Shown here one piece after another: positions 1-13,279 of a stretch of 64,000 nt of DNA. Position 1 is the stretch's first letter. Each line of letters begins with the position of its first letter. The notes beneath the pieces were generated by a model. That model was not told where the DNA came from and ran no database searches. It saw only the letters and a list, made by a program, of their open reading frames with translations. Source of the DNA: Xylographa opegraphella (lineage: Eukaryota); assembly GCA_022813865.1 (NCBI GenBank), contig JALDZX010000007.1, positions 496,001-560,000 on the forward strand, written 5' to 3'. The translations under genes were made by a program, and so were the position numbers.

Positions 1-911
1 CGAATCCTCCATCCAAGCTTTGCAATTGGAAGTGCCCGGCTCATTTTGATGAGGAACTACTAAGCTTCAAGTACCCTGGTGGCGATCGCGTCATTAAAGT
101 AAGACGCCCAAAGCATCCAAAAATTATCGACACTGCTTTGCGCCGTGGTCATAAGAACAACGGCCTGATTGAAATCGAGAACGAAATCACCGACGAGGAA
201 GGGGAGCAGCCACATACCGTCCCTCGAATCTCGGAAATGCAGATCAAGCTTGACTTTATAGACCGTGCTAAGAGGTATTTACTCTCCGCTTGTGACTTGC
301 TTCCTGATATTAATTGCTGTCTACCTATAGAGCCAGGGAACAATGTGCTGCATATAATAGGCTCAACGAGCGTTTTGCTCAGCATGCAACGGAGAACTTC
401 CCAGAAGCTACAATTGCCCGTAGCATTGAATCTACCAACCCCCCTGTTTCGCTAAACGCTGTGGCAACTGAGAAGACGTTCGGCGTCTTAGCTGCAGGAG
501 AACAAGATGCTGTTCTGTCTCTTCTTAATCTCAGCAAACTGATTTCACAACCACGCGTTACCGGGATGCAGTCCAGTGCTACTCCTGTCATTCCCGTTCA
601 GAATCTTCAGAATTTGGTTACTACTTTAATGGTCAGTGACACACTTCGAGAAACACTGCTGTTTGTGTACCATGTCTAACATATTGTAGGCCGAAGCTCC
701 ACCTGAGGTTCTGAACATGGTCCGTAAGGATGAAGTCAGAGTTAGCAAAGAGGCAAAGGCTGCGAATGCAAAAGCCCCTAGTGTATCTCGTACTTCTCCG
801 CGGAGGAGCACTTCACAGAGCAACAAGATCAACACCGGAGAAGTCCAACAGCTTCTGATGCTTCAAGAGCTTATCCGTCTTCGTCTTGAGGGCTTTGGTG
901 CAGCTAAATAG
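1..911 (+). CDS. rco1: 3' part of a PHD-finger Rpd3S-complex subunit (Rco1/Cph1-like); 5' end lies outside the window
   Basis: Frame from nt 3 reads NPPSKLCNWKCPAHFDE...KVRRPKHPKIIDTALRRGHKNNGLIEIEN...IKLDFIDRAKR. This resembles the end of the second PHD finger (WxCPxH) and the following NNGxIEI/IKLDFI motifs of fungal Rco1. GT-AG introns at about 275-330 and 632-689 join ORFs 314-679 and 717-911. Confidence 0.7.
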
Positions 912-2396
912 ATACCCCCCGTCACAGTCGCGCTTATCATCAAGCAAGCATCCTTCTATCGCAGTTACATCTGCTCTCTTTCAGGCTCACAGCCTCTTTC
1001 TGTATCTTGTTACCAGCATACCCGGCAAACCTGCATGCATCATGGCGTTTTTGGAATTAATCGTGCGAACAAGCTGTTATGGCAAACAGTAGAAAGTTGA
1101 TGCAATGCCATTCTCTTACGTTAATACTATGTCTTGACTTGCAACGGGTCATCGACATTTCATCAATAACGCATGCCGTCAAGAGCATGTGTGGGTCTTT
1201 TTGCGGCCTAGTTGCTGTTTTTGCGGATCACTGTCTACAACGACCGCGAAGAGTGGCACTTCTCAACAGTGTTTTTTGTAACAATACGAGTTATGCCTCG
1301 TGGCTCGGTCTACCATCTTCTATCTTCTCGTGATAACTGCTAGCGTGCGGTCGAAGGGACCTGTCAGACGCCTAATTCTACACAGTGGGCTGGAAATCCT
1401 CCGCTCGCGCACTCGCTGGCTGCGGCTTTCAATTCTCCGCTGGCACAAGATCAGTTGATGAAGGTTCTACATTACACCACCTATCACTCAACCGTCTACC
1501 ACGTTGGAGAATACTGGATATCCACCTATCCCTAATCGTCCATGGCTGTCGCCTTTCACCAGTTCCGGTCTCCGCTCCTGGGTCGTTCAACCGTCAGCGA
1601 CACCGGACCCTTCCAAAGCAGATTCCTAGCTCTCTTGATTCCCCCCAAGGCTCCCCTACGAATGGCCACTCCTCTACGAGGTCCCCCCACCACTTATCCA
1701 AACGGTCAACCGGCTCTGCCGGGGCCCAATGCGCATGCTAGAAGAGCGCACTGCGTGCTGTTTTCCAGGGTTTCACTTACATAGAAGAGTAGCTCCAGCG
1801 ATAGAAATGCAAACATCGAACGAGGAACCCCCATATACGCGCCGTGATGCCCCAAGCGGGCGCTGTCACACCAAGTCATGCCCAGCGTATGCTGTGCTAC
1901 TCTTTTGCTTGCCCCGATGCGTGAATGCTCCACAGCCCAGGACATCCGGGTCCGAGTCCCGTAACGCAAGTCTGCCACGTCACGTTTCCCTTAGCGCCGC
2001 AATCACCGTAGGGCCCGCTCAAGCCACAAGCGCGCACCGCACTGCAGTGCTGCACCCGTACGCTGACTGTCATTCATTTATTATTATTGCCGTAGGACTA
2101 TACTATTGTAAGCTGGTCGAGCGAAGCCACAGGCTCTATGCTAAGGTACACGGTCTTACTCCTCGCCCCTTTCCTCTTCCAGCTCTCAGCTATGCACTTC
2201 CTTACCTATCCAGATACCTCGTAAACGTAGTGGCCGCTATCGCTATGAATTGGAAAAATCACGCTGTCTCGGACATATACTCGTAGCTGCAGAGCAAAAA
2301 AAGCAGATACGCACGCGCCTTCGCCGCCATCTGCCATGATACAACCTCTTCAACATGCCCACGGAATTCACAAGCCACGCTCCCGCCACCCGGTAC

Positions 2397-5300
2397 CTAT
2401 TTCGACTCCCCCAGCTCCGACAGCTCCGAGTCCTCCTCGCTGCCCGGGTGCATTTCTTCCGCGACGGGCTCGGTTTCTGCTGCAGCAGCAGCAGCATTGG
2501 TGCCGCGTGACCGTGTCGCTCTCGCCGCTACCGCACGCTGCGCCGGAGCAGGTTTGGCTTTCGCGGCCGCTTTGCCATTCGGTCGGCCCTTTGCGGCGGA
2601 CTTAGGCTTGGATGCGGGTGCGGGCTTCGCTTTGGACGGAGCCGGTGCTGTCTTCGAGGAAACGGGCGGTTTGGCTCGCGAAGGAGGCCGAGTGCCGGAC
2701 GATGGTTTCGCTCTCGCTCTCGCTCTTGCTTTCGACGTTGGCTTAGGCGTTGTGGGAGAAGCGGCTTTCGACGTGGAGGTGGGCGGGGTGGGAGGGTCTT
2801 CGATGTCGGCGTCCGCCGGAGGTTCATCTTCGGGGTTCGACATCGGCACATCAGCGTCTTCGTCGGCGGCTTCATCGCCGTCGCCGACGTCGTCATCGTC
2901 AGCAGCCAGTTCGTCAGGCCCGTTGAGCTCTTCCAGCTCGCGCTCGTCCTCTTCGTCGTCTCGCTCAGCGTAGCTCTTTCCCGCCCCGTTGGCAACGGCA
3001 CTGACTCTCCCGCTCCGCCGCCGTTCGCGCACCTCGCTGCTGCCTCTCTCGCGGACGTTGCCCGGCTCGCTATCGTCAGCATCGTCGTCCCACGATTCGC
3101 CCTTGCCGCTGGAGCGGACCTTCTTCCGCTCCTTCGTAGTCTTTCCGTCACGGATCGGGAGCGCTCTGGTCGTCTTAGCTTTCTTCGCTTTCAAGCCATC
3201 CTCTACGCCTTCGCTTTTCCGCTTCTTGACTCCGCTTTTGGGTTTGCGGAGTGTGTTCCGAACCTGGATTTCCAGACCCTGTTTCACGCGTTCTGGCAGG
3301 AAGTTCTTTTCCGCTGTTGTGATGGCCAGTTCATGGTCTTTGATCTCTGCGAATAGACTTTTGGGTAGTGTGAGACGTGTGAGAGAGGGGATAGTCTGTA
3401 GGGACCAGTTGTGGGCATCAATTAGGCTGTGGATAGCTTGCTGCGCAAGGTCGGATAGGACGTAGAGGCGCTCGGAGTAATCAATGGATTCGTCTGAGTC
3501 GCCAGGTGGCGATGATACGGCATCCCGACAGCCTTTGACACGCTGGGCGATGTGAAAGATGAGAGAGATATTGTCTTCGTTGGCAACGGTGGAGAGATAG
3601 AACATGATATAGCGTGCCGAGTCGAGTAATTCTTCTGATGAATCGCCGAAGTCCGGGTGATGGGCTAGGAGCGATAAGAGCTGCGCAAAGACGGATTCTA
3701 GTATAGTAGAGGCTTTGCTTGCCGGCTGAGTCTTTGAAGTGGTGCCAGGAGCTTGTTGGGACTTCAGCGAAGCGAAGAAAGCAGCTCTAGATCTGATCCA
3801 GGTGACTGTCTCAGCCTTGAGGATTTCGTCGGGCTCAAAGGCGAGAAGGAAAGGCATGACGTAAAATCTTGGGGGAAGCTTTGTTTGAGCGAGGTATTTC
3901 TTGAGTCGTTGTACAAATGAGGAGCGGACTGGAAAGAGAGCATCTTGAGCGACTTCGGCTAACTCATGAAACGCGGCTGGTGTCAGAAGAACTTCATGTG
4001 GCTTCGAGATACACAATTTCAACAGCAGGCGTGCTGCTGTGAGGCGGAGTCTGGATTTATGATTCGGTGGGGTGTTGTTTTCTGTTGAAAGTTCGCCTTC
4101 ATTCGACACCAAGGTTGTAAGGAGTGTATAAACTGGATCCGCCACCTGTTGTAACGTGGAAGCATCTCGATGGGAACGGATCTTATTTGCAAGGATCTTG
4201 AGAGCCCAGCATTTTGCATTGCATTCTTCGTCTATATCTGTGGCCCACTGGTATCGCTCAGTGCCTTTATCGAACGTGGTACGCACTTGCAGAAGGATCT
4301 CTTTTGTGGCAATGTCAACAATAACGTCACTATCAACGCCAAGTTCTGATGGGGCCAAAAGTGAGAGCTGCGAAAGCGCTGCCAAGCGCGATAGGAAGCC
4401 AGGGCTACCATATGTGAAACCCTTTATACATCTCCGTGCAAGATCTTTGGCTAGAATCTCCTTCTTCTTTGATGCTACCATCACAATAGAGATAGCATGC
4501 TTCGCAGTCTCTGGTGGACTTCCTCTTAATGCGAAGCTAGTCATTGCTTGTGTGAACTCTTGATCCTGAGGAATTTCGCTGGGAAACTTTCTAGCAAATG
4601 CCGCGCAGGCTTTGAGATCATCAACTGCACCAGCAACATTAGGCTTATCTAGACTGGGAGCCTTTTCTTGAAGTAGCCTGCATAGCTCTGAGACGTGAGC
4701 CTTCAGAACCTCTGGTGTCCGGGAGGATATATCTTTCATCACTTCGTGGGCGATACTGCCCAATGATTTTGCATCTGTTCTTGAAAATTCCATGATTGCA
4801 GGAACATGGCTTTTGTTGTAGATCAGGATGCTCGTCCGATACAATAAAGGAGTAAGTGTGTCTATCAAGCCGGACGGTGCGGCAGGTAGGGTCTCGATTC
4901 GCTTGTTGAGCTCTTTCTATTTGAGCATTCTTGTAAGCTGCGTCCTGCTGCAAATAACAAAAATTAACTCACGAGTGCTTTGTAAACCGTCCGATAGTCG
5001 CTCTCTGGTGCCATACAGAACCGTATCAGCTGGTATGCACGACGATCGTGCATCTTGGCAAACTTCCAAAGGTCTGCCGATACCTTTGATTGGTCTGGCA
5101 GCAGTTTGGCCAATTCGCTGATGAGCTTGCTTAGCCGGTCCTTAATCTGTACCTCGTTCTTATCCATGACACCATTCTAGAGAAGTTAGCACTGCAGGAA
5201 TCCAAACGACAGTCATCTTACATTGTAGTCCTCGCAGCTTTGTAGGTACGCTATGAGATACTTGGAGAGCTGAGCTTGCATGGCGCATCTTGCGAAGAAG

Positions 5301-7308
5301 ATTTTGCTTGCCCGCTCATCGAGACTTTTGCCCAATAGTAGCATTCTCTCTGTCCGAATTTTATCAGGATCAAGGCTTTTGATTTCCTCTCCATTTGTTT
5401 GACTGTCTTTGACCCGCTGTATGTCGCCATTGGTTGGCTTCACACTCTTAGATTTGATAGGAGGGTAAGATAATGGAAGTAATGCTTCGAAGAATACGTG
5501 ATCAAGCAGCACGTTTATTTCCAAGTCAGCAATGTATGCAGCATTCAGTATTTTACTAGGTGTGGCACCAAGGATACTGTTAACCTGCTCGTTTCCTGCT
5601 GCTATTTCTCCACTGGCCACCCCCCATAGCCGCGCCAGAACCCAGGTTGCCTCAATGCGAACAGGGTGCTTCCGGTCCTTAATCCTCTCTGCCAAATTAC
5701 TGAGGACAGACCCCGCAGTTGCAACGCTGCCATCTGGTCCGAGTTTATCGATAATGTCTCTGAAGCTGAATGTGGCCACTGCCTTTATCGCTGCAATCCG
5801 AACTTTTTCGTCAGCATCATTCAACATCCGTGAAAGATCCTCAACCAATCGTTGTTGATCAGATGGATTAAGACCAACTCCACCAGCTGACGTAGTCAAA
5901 ATACGACCTATACCTACGGTCCAAGCCGATCGAATGACTGCAGACTTGTCCTGTCTCCTGCTTAGGAAACTTGTATATGCATGTGAATGGGCTTGAGGGA
6001 AGGATTGAGGCGACCTTGGTTTAGTTAAAAGATTGATAGGTTGAGATGAATCGGACCACCCAGCAAGGTTGATTTGAGGATAAGTAGCGGGATCCATGAC
6101 TGGAGGAGGTGGGGGTCCAGCAGCCCCTATTCCAGAAATAATATCCCCCAAAGTCTCTGTGGCCAGAAGCCGCAGTTGCAGATTCTCGGCAGAGAGCTCA
6201 GCTTCAAGCTGAGGTATCACATTTTGAAGCACTGCTGGACACGCACGCCATAGCTCTCGAAGTAATCTGTGAGCTTTGTGTAGCTCCTTCAGGTCTTCTT
6301 CTGTAGGGCCCAAAGCTGAATCGTCCACATCCTCCATATCTCGACTACTCCTCCGGTTCTGATGTGATGACGCAGAGGCTTCGACGATAACATCATTGAA
6401 GTACTTGCTGATTTCGCGTGCCATCTTGTCCTCGCACGAGTTACATATCATTTTCGCCATGTTATATGCGGGTGGAAGCTCTTTTAATACTAACGTGGAT
6501 TGTTTCTGGTCCACAATGCCGCTCTTCTTGCCTTTGCTATGAGTCGAACCAATCACTCGAGGATCTGTCCTGAGAAACTGCGCAACAATCGTGTCTACGG
6601 CTTCTTGCGGTAGACTTGAGGACTCATCCACAATGGTCACTAGAATCGAGGTCATATTGTAGTCAACATTTTTCGGTAATTGCTCTTCACCAGACGCCCG
6701 TGAAAACCCGGATAGGATATCAAAGAAGGAGGTGAACAAGTAGAGAATCAGATTCTCAGAATTAGGAATATCCGTGACGAGTACAATGCTCTTGACTTGC
6801 GACAAGGACTGTAAAACATATGTGTGCTGGACATTGTAGGCATTCGAAGGGTCCGAAAGCGCTGGGAGTATAGACGTTATGAGCATTGTGAAGATATCCT
6901 GAGTATCCGTCAGCCTGAACAGAAACCGTAATGCTTCAGCAAAGCTTTACGAACTCTCAATTGCTGCTCCGTGTACGGTGCATCCGGTGCACATAACCTA
7001 AGTATGTCAACCAGACATGACGCTGTCCACGCCTTGACACCCTTATCCTTGTGTGTAAGCAAATTGGGGCTCGCCAGCTCCTTTGCAACCCTCGTGAAAG
7101 ACTGTCGCTCGTTCTCCTCCTGCTCCATATCTCTCATCTCTTTCGAGAGTGCCTGCAGGCGCCGCAGTAGATCGGCGACAGGTATTGCCTTCCCCGCCCG
7201 CCATGACAGCGCCTCGTTGAATTGGAGGCCTGGCATCATGTTCACCATATTTTCTTGAGGCGCCACTTCGGTCGCCGTGGAAGATGCGGGACGGGCACGG
7301 GCAGGCAT
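2397..7308 (-). CDS. pds5: Sister chromatid cohesion protein Pds5 (Spo76/BimD orthologue), multi-exon
   Basis: N-terminal LLTHKDKGVKAWTASCLVDILRLCAPDAPY, PQLEAELSAENLQLRLLATETLG, LLSLLAHHPDF, and a low-complexity acidic/basic tail. ORFs 6910-7308, 5213-6886, 4964-5167 and 2397-4868 are joined by short GT-AG introns. Confidence 0.95.
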
Positions 7309-7622
7309 ATTGGCTTCTTGCGCTTAGGATATGTATTCTGTCTCTCACCAACTAGTTAGAACGAAAGTGCAGACTCCAGCACTCAGATAACAATCATGTC
7401 TTCGGCTGAGCGTCCACATGGGAGCATGCAACATGAAATGCTCTTCGAGCTTGAGGATAGCTCGGCGCGTCCGAGGAGTCGCGTCCCACCAACTGAATGT
7501 TAGTGCGTCGTTTCGAGCTCTGGACCGACTTTCGAAGCGTGAAAGCTAACCGAGACTCTAGGACCTAGGTCCTAAATCGGCTATGATGTCTGTCATAGCT
7601 TAGCAGTGATGCATGGGCTACC

Positions 7623-7658
7623 TTAGATACCTACCTTAAGGTAAGGTAAGGTATCTAA
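7623..7658. repeat. TACCT/AGGTA-rich inverted repeat
   Basis: ttagatacct (7623-7632) is the reverse complement of aggtatctaa (7649-7658). It overlaps a perfect palindrome taccttaaggta (7632-7643). Confidence 0.8.
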
Positions 7659-8287
7659 ACATTCACTGCTATACCTTAACGATTGAGCACAAGTTGTTGT
7701 CACTAATGAAGATACTGTGGTACGTTTTAATTGGCTAAACTAAATAGTACAAGAGTTTGTATCAAGCTCTGATTTTATACACTGTTCGTCGCTGTTAGTA
7801 CCTTTCGCTGCTCTCACATTCGTTATTGGTGTCGTTTCTATAGCTGCAGTAACAATGCATACTGGTACTGCTGTAGTCAATTGGCTCTAGCAGATGTATG
7901 GGGCCCACGAGCTTTTCAACCGTTGCGATCACGCTAGATCGACTGCTACTTCATCCTTGTTTTCAGTGCCGAAGGAACCCCCATTGCTGGGAGCGTTCTG
8001 ACAGGCCATACGGCGTCGGTGAGTTCATCGTACATGTCAGGTTGGTCGTGCTGCTTGGCAGAGATAATGTTGTTATGATATGTCGACCTCCCTATCACTA
8101 TATGATATGAAGCACTGACGTAAACAATTTGGATAAATGAGGAACAGCAAATTCAGTGTCAAGACAATCAGGCGAACCTCAATATTATCTCAAGAATCAG
8201 CACGCTGATTTCGATATCACACGGCTTCCAGTGAGGTTCTCCACAGAAAGTGGAAACAAACGGACCGCACCAGAGGACGATGCATGT

Positions 8288-9697
8288 TTACGTCCGCAAC
8301 AGGACCTCGTAGTCATGTTTCGAATTCTTCAACGCCACCAGTTTCACTCCACATGCCTTGCTTGCGGTTCTAAGGGTCTCTTTTTCCGTTGGATCCCAGG
8401 CCAAGCGGACGCGTAATTCTGAAAGACGTGGTAAGCAGGAGTATTCCTGCTTGCGCTCGAGCAAAGAATGAAGTCCCGCTATCAGTATTCGTTTGTCTGA
8501 CTGCGAGTTGATGCCTAAGGTTGTTACACTCCGAGGGAAAAGTGTATCTAGTGGCTGTTGCGGAAAGTTTAGGTAAATATCGGAGATGATTATAATCTGG
8601 AGATTGGTGAAAGCCTGCAACTCGACGTAGCCGCCTAGCTGGCAAGTTCCCACCAGCTCCAGATGCACCAGTGTATCTTTCGCATTTGCAAGAAGAATCT
8701 GATCGAGGCGTCCGCTCTCGATAGACACTCTGCCAAACCCACCATTCCAGGCGAAGCTTTCCAACGGGGTTCCCCGTTTCAGAAGCTTAGCAAGTGGTTC
8801 AAGGTCAATCTCGGCATCGATCAATGCTAGATGTGTTATGCACGATGGAGGCAGACACTCACCCGGCGGACTCGAAAGCCGAGCGCTGCCAAAATTCTCC
8901 GTCGCCAACCCCGATACTACCATATTACGTATGCTAGGTAGCGCCATGAACCTCCTTATGTCATCAAAAGTAAAATGGATGTCGCCTACAGGTTGTTCAA
9001 TTGTTACCGTGGTCAGATTACAGAACGCGTCGCATTCTGGCTGCTCTAAGGATCTTCGAACGACTCGGTGCAGAAGAATAAGTAATCGATCATAGCAGAC
9101 GCTGTCATAACACCCAAGCTCGAGGACTTGTAAATTGGTAAGCAGCGGTATAAGGTCGCTCCTTGCGAGATCTGTTGAATAATATTCGCAGCCATTATAC
9201 CTTGGGTAACGAGTCCAGGTTGGGGACCAGTGTAAGGCCAATTCCTCGCTAAAATACTTGCAGTACTCTTCGGAGCTCATACCAGCTGCATGAGGATTGA
9301 AAGAGGAGCGAAGTTCTTTGTCGGCCATCGGCTGATACCGAACAAGTTGCATGTCATCTGTATCATCAACCCAGTCATGATCGACAGAACTTTCAGTTTC
9401 ATCTGGTTCGGGTACTCCAACGCGAAGATGCTCTATGTAGTAAGCTATGGGTGACCCAACGAGGCAATTCCGCGTCAAATTCAGCCAGAAGTAAGCGTAA
9501 CCTGCACCTCCTCCTTGCCATCCATGATCATCCACGATGGCCCATTTGGAATGAAGTTCATTGTGCTTGGCCCGTTTGGTAGTAGCCAAAGAGTAAGTGC
9601 GGCGGTTGAGGGTTGAGAAGCTGAATATATCGCGCGGATGAACGTAGTAGCATATCCGCAAGAGAAGCTCATCTGGCAGGATGGAAAAGGAAGCCAT
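8288..9697 (-). CDS. F-box domain protein with LRR-like C-terminus (469 aa, intronless)
   Basis: N-terminal F-box signature FSILPDELLLRICYYVHPRDIFSFSTLNRR, followed by LxxLxL segments (LTNLQVLEL, LPSIRNMVV, ITHLALID, FTNLQIIII). Confidence 0.8.
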   Translation of the reverse strand: MASFSILPDELLLRICYYVHPRDIFSFSTLNRRTYSLATTKRAKHNELHSKWAIVDDHGWQGGGAGYAYFWLNLTRNCLVGSPIAYYIEHLRVGVPEPDETESSVDHDWVDDTDDMQLVRYQPMADKELRSSFNPHAAGMSSEEYCKYFSEELALHWSPTWTRYPRYNGCEYYSTDLARSDLIPLLTNLQVLELGCYDSVCYDRLLILLHRVVRRSLEQPECDAFCNLTTVTIEQPVGDIHFTFDDIRRFMALPSIRNMVVSGLATENFGSARLSSPPGECLPPSCITHLALIDAEIDLEPLAKLLKRGTPLESFAWNGGFGRVSIESGRLDQILLANAKDTLVHLELVGTCQLGGYVELQAFTNLQIIIISDIYLNFPQQPLDTLFPRSVTTLGINSQSDKRILIAGLHSLLERKQEYSCLPRLSELRVRLAWDPTEKETLRTASKACGVKLVALKNSKHDYEVLLRT

Positions 9698-10068
9698 CTG
9701 GACCTTTCGGGAATTCGGCCCCGTGCTAGGAAGGCCTATGTTGCTGAATTTGTGTTTGTTTTACAAACTGCTTATACCATCGTTCGGTGTTACCTTGCGG
9801 AGGGCAAATAGCCACTGGGTGACATGGTCTCGTGTAGGCCTAAATCAGGGTCACTCGATCGATAAAGGATGAAATTGTATGAATAGTCCATATTCTGGAA
9901 CAGCAGTGGTGGATGATACAGAAATACAGAAAGCATCGACGAGGAATTCTGGCTCATGGACCATGCCAAGACATGCCAAGCCCCAAGGTGCAGGCTGCAG
10001 TGCCTCGGGTGCCTGGTAAGGTAGGATACAATATCAGTAGCGGAGTATGTATCACTAGCGGACGATAC

Positions 10069-10082
10069 CTAAGGTACCTTAG
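10069..10082. repeat. Perfect palindrome ctaaggtaccttag
   Basis: Read directly; same taaggtacctta core as 18488-18499. Confidence 0.8.
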
Positions 10083-10909
10083 CTATTATCTGTTCTCCCT
10101 AATTCTGATGGCGCTGTGTATAAGCCTTGTTCATTGTCAGAGGAGCCTGACTGGCTCATCAAAGCCTTTGAACAGGGTTTTGAATCCGACTTCGAACACA
10201 ATTAATCCGTGAAGTGATGGCTTTAAAATGGTAAATACCTTAATACCGCAAGGATTGAGTCGCATGACGGTATGGACGGAAGAAAGTTTGGTCGACGCAC
10301 TGAATTTTGCAGGAAACCTCGAGGGCCGGCCATGTTACAGGAAAGATGAAACAATGCTTCTTGTCAATGGCCCAATAGCAGGACCGTAATCGATCTATTA
10401 CCCTCGATGTTTATTTGCTGGGTAAAAGAACGATAGACCCTGGTTTCGAAATTTAAAGGACCGGATTATCTGTTTATACGGGATTTTATATTACAGAGTA
10501 TACGGTGTACTAAGGCTTAGTAGTAGGGGAGAAAATGCCGTTAAAAGCCTTCGCAATACAAGCCTCGCACTTGTGCACGTGCCCCGCGTTGGCGCGCATT
10601 CAGCTTCGCTTACTGGTTCCTATTCTTGCTTCCTCCATTCCCAGGCTATCTTATCCAGGCATCAGGATAAGGTACTCTCACAACTAATCGCTGTGCATTT
10701 GTGCTCAGCCTTGCATCATGTACATGGCTCTCCCAGAGCATTGCCAGTCAACCTCGCGACTGTGCCAAAGGGCTGCCTGAGAAGCAAGTGCTCCAAATGA
10801 AACCGGAGCATAACTTCCTCGGAAGTCGAAGACATGCGAGTCTTCCCATTGTAGCTCTGGTTACTGCCCGACTATCTCATTGCAGGCCGTTCTTCACTCC
10901 GCCAACGCC

Positions 10910-12688
10910 ATGAACGCTCTCTACGAGCGGCTGAGTGAGACTGACATTCGCTTGCTCACCGTCAGCGTGCACGAGGGAGCGGTAGCATCGCTGGAGCTTC
11001 ATACCTACCCACGGTCCGCGGCACCGGAGTACGATGCCGTCAGCTATGCCTGGGGCGATGATGCCTCGACCACGTCGGTGATGTGTAACGGAGCGCCGTT
11101 GGCGATCAGGACCAGTCTTTTCACCGCTCTGCCGTTCATCCATGGTTCCAGACCTGAGCCCAGAACGCGGCCGCTGTGGATCGACGCCGTCTGCTTGAAT
11201 CAGAGAGACCGCCGTGAGAAGGCAATCCACGTCTCATGCATGGGCGAGGTCTACGAAAATGCCACGCGGACGCTGGTCTGGTTAGGTGAAGCAGACGATA
11301 GCAGCGACCTTGCTATGGACAATATGGAAAGCCTGACGCAGAAGCTGCTGGCCGTCAAGGATCCGAACTCTCTGACCGTTCGGCAAAGGCTCGCCAATTA
11401 CGGCTTGCCTCCGCCCGACGATCCGAAGTGGGAGGCATTGAAGAGCCTGCAACAGCGCCCATGGCTCTTCCGGCTCTGGACGTTGCAGGAAATCGTCCTG
11501 GCAAAGGATGCCGTGTTGCTGTGCGGGTGCAAATCGACTTCCTGGGACGCAGTGGTTGCTTTGCACCGCGCCGCGATCCAGGCCGAGTTACACATCATGG
11601 TCAAAGCCGACGCGGAGCGGGAAACCCCCTACAAGCAAGCCCAAATCTTCATCACGCACGTCGACTTCCTGCGCCAACACAGGGGCATCCTGACCTTGTG
11701 CGAACTGCTCACGTTGAGCGTCGACCGCGGATACTCCGTCCCCGTGGACCGCGTGTGGGCCCTCCTCGGCTTGCTGAACAAGAACTACCAGCAGCACATC
11801 CGCAACGCCCGGCTCGTCGACTACAGCGACGCCGCCATAGCGCACTACCACGAGACCTTCCTGCGCATCACCACCTTCCACATCCAGCGCGACCCCGTCC
11901 TCGCCATGCGCATCATCGAAGACAACCTCCGCACGGCGCGCCACCCGTCGCTGCCATCGTGGTGCCCCGACTGGCACACCGACCGGGGCGACATGCCGCT
12001 GTCACGCTGGCCCGAAGCCCGCGCCGGCATCCCGGGCGGCCACTCGCGCCGCCTCGAAGCGTACATGCGCGTCACCGCAGACTCCCCCTCCCCCTCCTCC
12101 TCCTCCTCGCTCGAGCTCTGCGGCCTCGAAGTCGACATCGTCGAGCGCGTGACCGCCTCCCCGGGTGCCCGCATGCTCGACCTCGACAGCTACCCCTGGC
12201 TCAGCGAATGCCTGCGCATCATCCACAGCACGCCCTTCGTCCCGCACGGCGTCTACCCCGCCACCGCCACCGGGCTCATCCCCGCCTCCCCCACCGCCGC
12301 CGTCGACGGCTCCCCCATCCACCCCCGCAGGCAGAAATACACGCGCGCGGAAGAACTGCTCAAGTACGTGCTCTACCCGCCCGGCACCATGCTCGTCTCC
12401 TCCCCGCGCACGATCCTGCGCTGCAACGGCCGCACCTTCTTCGCCACGCGCGCCGGCCGTCTCGGCATCGGCCCCGCTGGCCTCCGGGCCGACGATCGCT
12501 TGTGCGCTATGTACGGCGCGCGTACGCTGTGGGCGCTGCGGCCGCTTGAGGGGGCGGTGGAGAGATGCCCCGGGGCTAGGGAGTCGGCGTTCGAGCTGCT
12601 GGGGAGTGCGTATACGCCTAGTTTATTGAAGGGCGAGGCGTGGGCGGGGAAGAGCTGCGAGGCGATGAGGAGGTTTACGTTGAGGTAG
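10910..12688 (+). CDS. HET-domain (heterokaryon incompatibility, HET-6-like) protein, intronless
   Basis: HET motifs IRLL, YDAVSYAWG, LWIDAVCLNQ, MGEVYENA..TLVWLG, PWLFRLWTLQE, LPSWCPDW and a HET-6-type C-terminus GRTFFATRAGRLGIGP...FELLGSAY. First ATG at 10910. Confidence 0.9.
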   Translation: MNALYERLSETDIRLLTVSVHEGAVASLELHTYPRSAAPEYDAVSYAWGDDASTTSVMCNGAPLAIRTSLFTALPFIHGSRPEPRTRPLWIDAVCLNQRDRREKAIHVSCMGEVYENATRTLVWLGEADDSSDLAMDNMESLTQKLLAVKDPNSLTVRQRLANYGLPPPDDPKWEALKSLQQRPWLFRLWTLQEIVLAKDAVLLCGCKSTSWDAVVALHRAAIQAELHIMVKADAERETPYKQAQIFITHVDFLRQHRGILTLCELLTLSVDRGYSVPVDRVWALLGLLNKNYQQHIRNARLVDYSDAAIAHYHETFLRITTFHIQRDPVLAMRIIEDNLRTARHPSLPSWCPDWHTDRGDMPLSRWPEARAGIPGGHSRRLEAYMRVTADSPSPSSSSSLELCGLEVDIVERVTASPGARMLDLDSYPWLSECLRIIHSTPFVPHGVYPATATGLIPASPTAAVDGSPIHPRRQKYTRAEELLKYVLYPPGTMLVSSPRTILRCNGRTFFATRAGRLGIGPAGLRADDRLCAMYGARTLWALRPLEGAVERCPGARESAFELLGSAYTPSLLKGEAWAGKSCEAMRRFTLR

Positions 12689-13279
12689 AGAGGCGGGGGG
12701 GGGGGGGGCAATGGAGCGAGAGGGGACGATCGTGGGGATTTACTTGTGGTGGGAGTCACGCGGTCAAGTGATGGAAACACCGGATATTTATATATAATGG
12801 AGAATGTTGCATATCAAGATAGAAGTCCTAGGGTTTATAACATCCGAACAATAGCCCCTCACCCCGCAGGGTGCGCTTACATTATATTCTCCGATCGTTG
12901 ACCCATACACGTGTAACGACGCCGCCCAATGCTCACGCTGAAACACATGACACACACGCCATGTGCGCACCGTCGACGGGCGCTGTATCAACCGGTTGCA
13001 CTATCCGATAGCAGCCAGCCGTGTCCCAAACACCACGATGCGACCCATCAAGAACGCCGTGACCCTCGGAGACGAACGAATACGCTGACGCGGAAAGGTC
13101 CCAGGGCCGTGCTCCACGGAGAACGCTGCATTTAAAATTTTTATGAATAAAAACTTTAGAAAAAGCGACGATTTCGATCGCTCGAGACGCGGCAGACAGA
13201 CCAGACGGCTCGCCCGCTCGCGACTGTCTCGAATGAAGGCCCAGACCTCGAGAGCCAGATACAGAGGCATCCGCAGCGG

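Noticed and set aside
1385..2286. Overlapping plus-strand ORFs of 80-185 aa between rco1 and pds5
   Set aside because: No recognisable motif and no convincing splice model; cannot support a gene call.
11428..12549. 373-aa alternative-frame ORF inside the HET gene
   Set aside because: Arg/Pro/His-rich shadow frame produced by extreme GC3 bias.
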